Origin: Octopus sinensis
Lineage: Eukaryota
Length of the DNA stretch: 15,508 nt
Direction: 5' to 3'
NCBI RefSeq assembly: GCF_006345805.1
Contig: NW_021825678.1
Location: 1-15,508 of the forward strand
The notes beneath the pieces were generated by a model, which ran no database searches, had not been told where the DNA came from, and worked only from the letters and a program-made list of their open reading frames with translations. This document shows positions 9,684 through 15,508 of the stretch, piece after piece (the first letter of the stretch is position 1; every line of letters starts with the position of its first letter). Made by a program: the position numbers and the translations under genes.

Positions 9684-9750
<67 letters not shown>
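9599..9750. repeat. (TAA)n microsatellite at the 3' end of the R4/Dong-like element
   Basis: Direct reading. Confidence 0.95.
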
Positions 9751-9752
<2 letters not shown>

Positions 9753-9753
9753 T

Positions 9754-9811
9754 AATTTCACCTATGGTGAAGTTTACCATGGTGGAATTTTCTGTGGTGA
9801 AATTTACCGGT
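9754..9811. repeat. 15-bp tandem minisatellite, ~4 units (consensus ~GAAATTTACCATGGT)
   Basis: aatttcacctatggt / gaagtttaccatggt / ggaattttctgtggt / gaaatttaccggt. Confidence 0.8.
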
Positions 9812-10409
9812 CATCATATATATATTTACATGCATGTGTGTGCATGTATGTGTATATGTATAAGTGTATGTGTGTATGTGTGTGTGTGTGTGTATACAAA
9901 TGCATTTTTGCCTGAACGCGTATATATAATATATATACGAGTGTGTTTGCGTAGTACTCGTCAAATAGTCCGAAAATATTTGTGCATAATATTTACGATA
10001 GTGGCGGAATTTATCCAAGATAAAACGAGAAGGGTGATATAAAGAAAAAGCCTAATGGAAACGAATTGAACTGAAAATAAACCAACACATATTTATAAAT
10101 TAAGATTAAAATCGAAGTTTTTTTTTCGGTATCGACATAATTACGTTTCTGTGAGGTTAATGCATGACAAATCACACGATCATACATACAACTTTATTGG
10201 TTTAACTGCCTGTAATTTGATTGTTCAAAATAATATTATGGCTAACGTGAATCAATATATATTTAAATAAGTTAGCGTAAAAATGTAACTGCGTACATTT
10301 CGATCCTAGAATTCTCTAGTGAGACATTCTCTCCACGAAAGTGCTCCGCAATTTCCGATATGAAAATTGCATCAGGGCATCGGAAACATATCCGTAAATA
10401 TTTATTACA

Positions 10410-10410
10410 T

Positions 10411-10485
<75 letters not shown>
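10410..10485. repeat. Compound (CA)n(TA)n microsatellite
   Basis: Direct reading. Confidence 0.95.
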
Positions 10486-10487
<2 letters not shown>

Positions 10488-11069
10488 AGGCAATATAATT
10501 TGGTTTCTTTGAGGTAGAATTACACACTCACATACGAACACACACAGTCACACAAATACGCAATCAGACCCAGACACATGCAGACATATAGAGACTAGAG
10601 ACACACGACGACCACGTCTGAATACGTATTTTTTTGTAGCTTATTTGTGTGTTTGATGCGTAGGGACGTGTGTACGTGTCTGTGTGTGCGCGCGTCTGTG
10701 TGTGTGTGTGCGTGTATGAAATACCTTCAAGCTATTTATTGAGGTCGAACAGAGCAGCACTTTCAAGAGGAAGTTTAATGAATTATCAATTATTTTATAA
10801 GCATTATCAGTCTAGAATTTTGTAAATCTTACCTATTATTGTATAAGATAGGCAATGTGGGTACCTGTGCTATGAAGACACATAAACGCAACACATACGA
10901 GCATATATTCTCACATACATAACTCATTTAATCATGGGAGACAAATGCTTACTAATAATAGAACTAAACATGCAATGCAAATCCACTGAGCGGGCACACA
11001 TCTGAGCCGACGCATGTGCAGATACGCATATACATACACATCGACGCATTCACGCTGCATATGTATGAG

Positions 11070-11103
11070 TTATATATACATATATATATATATATTTATA
11101 TAT

Positions 11104-11164
<61 letters not shown>

Positions 11165-11214
11165 ACATATATTATCTATATAGTATATATATAATATATT
11201 ATATATATATATAT
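11070..11214. repeat. (TA)n microsatellite
   Basis: Direct reading. It abuts the 3' end of hammerhead element copy 3. Confidence 0.95.
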
Positions 11215-11432
11215 AGTTAATTCAAATAAACAAATTATTGAAATAAACGAATAAGAAAAGAAGAAAAATAGAAAACAAAAAAACCGATGACGAGTACAAA
11301 ATATGTATTAGCTTCGTGAAATGAGAGAATTTAACGTTTCGAACATAGCACTTCGTCGTAAAAAAGAAAGAAGAAGAAGAAGAAGAAGAAGAAGAAGAAG
11401 AAGAAGAAGAAGAAGAAATCGCTAACGATGTA
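11215..11432 (-). mobile_element. ~200-bp hammerhead-carrying short element, copy 3 (more degenerate, with an internal (CTT)n expansion)
   Basis: Reverse complement reads catcgttagcgattt-(ctt)n-ttttacgacgaagtgctatgttcgaaacgttaaat...gaattaact-(TA)n. This matches copies 1 and 2 at the 5' part (taccgttggcgattt), the motif (11329-11363) and the 3' end (attaact). Confidence 0.7.
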
Positions 11433-11489
11433 GTAATGTGTGCGTGTGTGTTGAGGGGCATCTTTTTTTAATATATAATTACCTGTATA

Positions 11490-12010
11490 CCCACTTATGA
11501 TGATATATGTAGTTGTCAAATAGGGTGAAGCTCTAGATTACTGAAAGAGAATAAAATCAAAGACAATAGTTATCAAAATGACAGAAGAAAAGTTAGTAGA
11601 TATTTAGATGGTTGAACAGAAGTCACTGTGTAGAACTTCCTCAATGAGTAAATAAGGCTAAAATAACTCTTATAAGATCAAAAAGATCTACACATTAAAA
11701 GAGGTGACGCTTCAAACTTTTATACAATGCCAATTCTCCTATACAGGGCAGAAATTTGAGCAATGTAGAGGAATGTGGAAGATTTTGAAAATGTGGATCT
11801 TCCGTAGATTTGGCAGCATAAGCTGAGAAACTGGATACTAAATACTGCAGAACTAGAAAAAAACTGTAAGTCTGCCGAGCAACTAGTCCGCAAAGCTTTC
11901 GTATTTTGAAAATAGCATCCTAAAATGAAGTGTTGAGCGTAAGAGAACAAGAGGACACCCAAAACGGACTAACGGCATCGAAGAACGGTTTGGAAATACA
12001 AGAGTTTTGT
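11490..12010 (+). mobile_element. Highly decayed RTE-clade LINE, RT C-terminal region
   Basis: Fragments in shifting frames: IKSKTIVI (cf. INxxKTKVM), PILLYRAEI* at 11730 (cf. PILLYGAETW), MWIFRRFGSIS* at 11791 (cf. EMWxxRRxxxISW), ERKRTRGHPKR at 11935 (cf. GKRxRGRPKxRW). Confidence 0.65.
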
Positions 12011-12179
12011 CAAGCCCCCTTGTTGGACACAGGGAAGCATCTAGATGATAACTGAAGAAATCCCATATTTTATAATTAGGGAATTTTAAAAATGCAGTGG
12101 GGTGTACGATATACTGTTAGAAGCGAAGTGTTACATTTTCGAGACGGAGCAATAAAGTTGTTCAATGTAAAATTTTTAG

Positions 12180-12272
12180 ATCATCCGCAATGAAAGGACA
12201 ACATATATTCCCATTATTGATACGTCGTGGGACACAATGACAATCCGTCCATTTCTTGGCATTTGTTCTTAG
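12180..12272 (+). CDS. Candidate terminal coding exon C (IIRNERTTYIPIIDTSWDTMTIRPFLGICS*)
   Basis: Acceptor aatttttAG| at 12179. The phase-0 frame is open for 30 codons to TAG 12270-12272 and is compatible with exon B. AATAAA follows at 12373-12378. Confidence 0.4.
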   Translation: MIRNERTTYIPIIDTSWDTMTIRPFLGICS

Positions 12273-12429
12273 TAATTATTTGTAAAAAGAGACCTAAACT
12301 GATGTAAGCAATACTTTAAATCAGTTTACGGTATTGAATTGTTTTCTCTTCGTAAGCTTGTTTTGCTTACGAAATAAAAATATTTCAATATTTGCAAACA
12401 CAACGACTTAACGATACGTAACCATACAT

Positions 12430-12464
12430 GCATATATATATATATATATATATCTATATAGAGA

Positions 12465-12496
<32 letters not shown>

Positions 12497-12657
12497 TAAG
12501 AAAGTTGGTTGTGAAAGCACGTGGTTGAATATATAGAGAATAGTAAAAAGTGAAAAAACTACAGAAGGCTTAAAGGTTTAAAATATATATATTTGCGTCA
12601 ATATGTCTGAAGAATATTAAAAAATTTTTTCTTACAATGACATAATTTAGAAGAAAG

Positions 12658-12746
<89 letters not shown>

Positions 12747-12941
12747 TTATAAATATGTGTGTGTATATATATATATATATGTATAATATATATGTATTAC
12801 ACATATACATACATATAACATATATATATGTATTTATATATATATATATATGTATTTATACATATACATATATGTATTTATACATATACATATATATATA
12901 CATATACAATGCATATATAACATATAGATATATATACATTT

Positions 12942-12984
<43 letters not shown>
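12430..12984. repeat. (TA)n/(GA)n and long degenerate (TA)n tracts
   Basis: Direct reading (12430-12500 and 12660-12984). Confidence 0.9.
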
Positions 12985-12985
<1 letters not shown>

Positions 12986-13366
12986 TAGCAGTGTCGCCCG
13001 GCGTGCTCAGGTTGTAATGGAAATAACTATAAAGCATTTTTAGAGAGTTATAGCCAAAAAATAGCAAAAAATGGAAAAAAAATTATGGTAAATTTTTTTT
13101 GAGAGTTAAAAAAGGTGGAGTTGCGTCCCCTAGACGGTCTGTGGTTTGGGTTTCTGATTCTCGACCCCATGTCGAATTTATCGATTTTTTTCAGAACTGG
13201 GGGAACTTTTCAAAATTTTCGCTGCGTTAGTTTTGAATTATGACATTGGGCTATGTGTGTGTCAAGTTTCATCAGAATCGGTTGAAAGCCGTGGTCAGAG
13301 TGAGGGTACGAGAAAACAGACACACAGAAACACGCACAGACAAACTGCCGTTTATATAGAGAGAGA
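12985..13366 (-). mobile_element. Non-autonomous Helitron (~380 bp)
   Basis: On the minus strand it starts A|TC (13367/13366) and ends CTAG|T (12988-12985/12984). A GC-rich imperfect hairpin cctgagcacgccggg (12997-13011) lies 8 nt before CTAG. An internal (CA)/acag microsatellite is typical of Lep1/DINE-like Helitrons. Confidence 0.75.
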
Positions 13367-13499
13367 TATACATTCAGACACGCATATAAATAGGTTGGAC
13401 ACATATGGTCTACCCAAAACATTAACAAAACATAATTTTCATCCACTCTACATCGTAAATTCTCAATATACACAAACAAAACATAGAAATTGCAACAAC

Positions 13500-13553
13500 G
13501 GCAATGATGATGATGATGATGAAAATAATAACAACAACAACAACAACAACAAC

Positions 13554-13588
<35 letters not shown>

Positions 13589-13590
13589 GT
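13500..13590. repeat. Compound (GAT)n(AAC)n(AAT)n microsatellite
   Basis: Direct reading. Confidence 0.95.
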
Positions 13591-13842
13591 AAATTGTAAA
13601 TAATAGCAACAAATAAATAAATATGTTCAATAAACAACAAAAAAAAAAACAGAAAGTAGTAAACAATTAAATATTAAAGGTTTCGATTTTCAAAAAGTTT
13701 GAATCAGGTTAATTAACTTCTCAATTATCGATTTTTAATTACGTTCTCGCAATATGTGACTTTGTTTTGATTTATGGTGGTGTTGAGGGCGTGTTCGGTG
13801 TGGTGAAAGGTTGGCGTTGACTCTATAGAAACGTGTTATTGT

Positions 13843-13869
13843 TGTTGTTGCTGTCGTTGTTGTTGTTGC

Positions 13870-13906
<37 letters not shown>

Positions 13907-13941
13907 GCTGTTGTTGTTGTTGTTGCTGTTGTTGTTATTGT
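13843..13941. repeat. (GTT)n microsatellite
   Basis: Direct reading. Confidence 0.95.
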
Positions 13942-14033
13942 TGATAGGCGTAGGGATGTCGGATATCGTGTTGGTAATGGCGGATGCTGCTAGTCGTGTC
14001 TTAGTTAGTAATGGCGCGATGTACTTCTGTTAC

Positions 14034-14670
14034 GTGAAAGGCGCGTGACTTGGTCGTTAAGGTTGTGTTTGTTTCTTCCTTCTCGAGCCATGCCTGGCTC
14101 ATAAGGGGGCCGGTTTCACGGTTTCCTTGGCGTATAGGTTCCCCACAGGGACAAGACGCCGGTCCGTCGCAGGTCAGCTGCAAGAAGCAGGAGGAAAGAG
14201 TGAGAGAAAGTTGTGGCGAAAGAGTCAGCAGAGGTTCGCCATTACCTTCTGCTGGAGCCACGTGTAGCTTAGGTGTTTCGCTCATAAACACACACATCGC
14301 CCGGTCTGAGATTCGAACCCGTGATACCTCGACTGCGAGTCCGCTGCTCTAACCACTGGGCCATGTGCCTCCACTGGTCGTTAAGGTACACGTCTCACGC
14401 TCGTAATCTCGCAAGTGCGACTTCCAGCGGTGCATTATCTCCTTGAGCAAGACACTTTATTTCGCGTTGCACCAGTTCATTCAACTCTCAAAAATAATAC
14501 TTGTAATTCAAAGGGGCCAGCCTTCTGATCACTCTGAATCTCCCTAAGAACTATATTAAGGGTGTGCGTGTTTGCGGAGTACTCAGTCACTTGCAAGTTA
14601 ATTTCACAAGCTGGCTGTTCCGTTCATCGAATCAACTGAAACCTTCGTCGTCGTAAGTAACGGAGTACCA
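14034..14670 (+). mobile_element. tRNA-derived SINE B, interrupted in box A by SINE C
   Basis: Removing 14064-14387 rejoins gaaaggcgcgtgact-tggtcgttaaggt-acacgtctcacgctcgtaa, a decayed tRNA head. A CORE-like ccttgagcaagacactttatttcgcgttgcaccag follows, then a distinct 3' tail to ~14670. Confidence 0.8.
14064..14374 (-). mobile_element. tRNA-derived SINE C, full length with 13-bp TSD
   Basis: Box A tggcccagtggttagagc, box B gggttcgaatc, (aaac)n tail. TSD tggtcgttaaggt at 14051-14063 and 14375-14387. Confidence 0.92.
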
Positions 14671-14699
14671 GTGCTGTTATTGTTCTTTATGTGTTACTG

Positions 14700-15204
14700 T
14701 CTTCTTCGTCTTCTTCTTCTTCCAATCAGGACTCACACCATTAGCCAACAAAGTATAAACTCTAATTCGAGCCTACTCCTAAGCTACTAAGAATGTGTGT
14801 GGCAACTTGAAGATCCACCTAACACAAGCGATAGACTGGCGGTTGCACGAGCTCGAAAGCTACGTTGTTATCCTCATTTCGTAAACGGTGGTCTTTTAAC
14901 GGGTGGAGAGCTGAACCATCCTGGGGTACAGAGAATTCGCAATCTATTCTAGTGTGTCAAAGTTTACCACATCATAGTGGGTTACACCGTGGTTCCTCTC
15001 CTGTGTGGCAGAAGTAGGAAGAAAGAGTGAAAGAAATTTGTGGTGATAGATTACAGCGGGGTTCACTACCCACGCCGGCGGAGCCTCGTGGAGCTTAGGT
15101 ATTTTTTGCTCAATAAATATTCACAATGCCCGGTCTGGGAATCGAAACCACGTTCTTACGACCGCGAGTCCGCTGCGCTAATCACTGGGCCATTGCGCCT
15201 CCAC
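14700..15204 (-). mobile_element. tRNA-derived SINE D (same head as SINE C, different ~300-bp 3' part, (GAA)n tail)
   Basis: Head gtggaggcgcaatggcccagtgattagcgc...ggtttcgattcc at 15204-15130. Similarity to SINE C continues to ~15010. That 14700-15010 belongs to the element is inferred from the terminal (GAA)n at 14700-14722. Confidence 0.7.
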
Positions 15205-15508
15205 CATATGTTGCAGTCGTCTGTGATGGTAGTGCTGATTTGTGGCGGGGGATATTGATGAAAGCGGTGTTAGTATTTGTTGTGATAAATGCGTTCTGGT
15301 TTTCTGTTGACCCCGGTTCAACCCTCATCGAGTAAAACCTATGACCTCTGCTCTCCCAACTCTAAACATCGATCTCTTGTTCTGACACCAATGTCTCTTC
15401 GATTACATTGTCTAATGTCTTTCTGTCTTGTAGAATGCAAGCTCTGACTAGGAGGACAGTTGCCTGCTTTGCGAAACCGAAGACGGGGCAACTGGCCAGG
15501 GGTTCCGT

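Noticed and set aside
9754-9811. CRISPR-like repeat
   Set aside because: The units are directly tandem with no spacers, and the context is eukaryotic.
10309-10395. Possible + strand exon after cctAG
   Set aside because: The phase-0 frame stops after 17 codons, the splice signals are weak, and there is no recognisable product.

Overview
Eukaryotic, AT-rich, microsatellite-dense DNA. The SINE, microsatellite and retroelement content looks cephalopod (Octopus-like); this is an inference, not a database result. Most of the window is decayed mobile DNA: a 5'-truncated Ty3/Gypsy pol with its probable 3' LTR (minus strand, ~5.5-7.96 kb), a 5'-truncated R4/Dong-type RLE non-LTR element bracketed by (TAA)n (8.3-9.75 kb), an RTE-clade LINE remnant, a mariner 3' end, a non-autonomous Helitron, and four tRNA-derived SINEs, one nested in another with a 13-bp TSD. 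Three short non-repetitive islands hold phase-compatible candidate exons (373-479, 2891-2960, 12180-12272) that splice into an unrecognised ~89-aa reading frame followed by AATAAA. The most notable signal is three copies of a ~200-bp (TA)n-anchored element. Its consensus folds into a minimal type I hammerhead ribozyme (GUUU CUGACGA A GAGC-UCC-GCUC GAA ACGU U^AAAC) of the kind known from Penelope-like elements and retrozymes. Half or degenerate hammerhead motifs lie nearby. No CRISPR array, rRNA or intact tRNA gene was found, and most ORFs in the supplied track are microsatellite artefacts.
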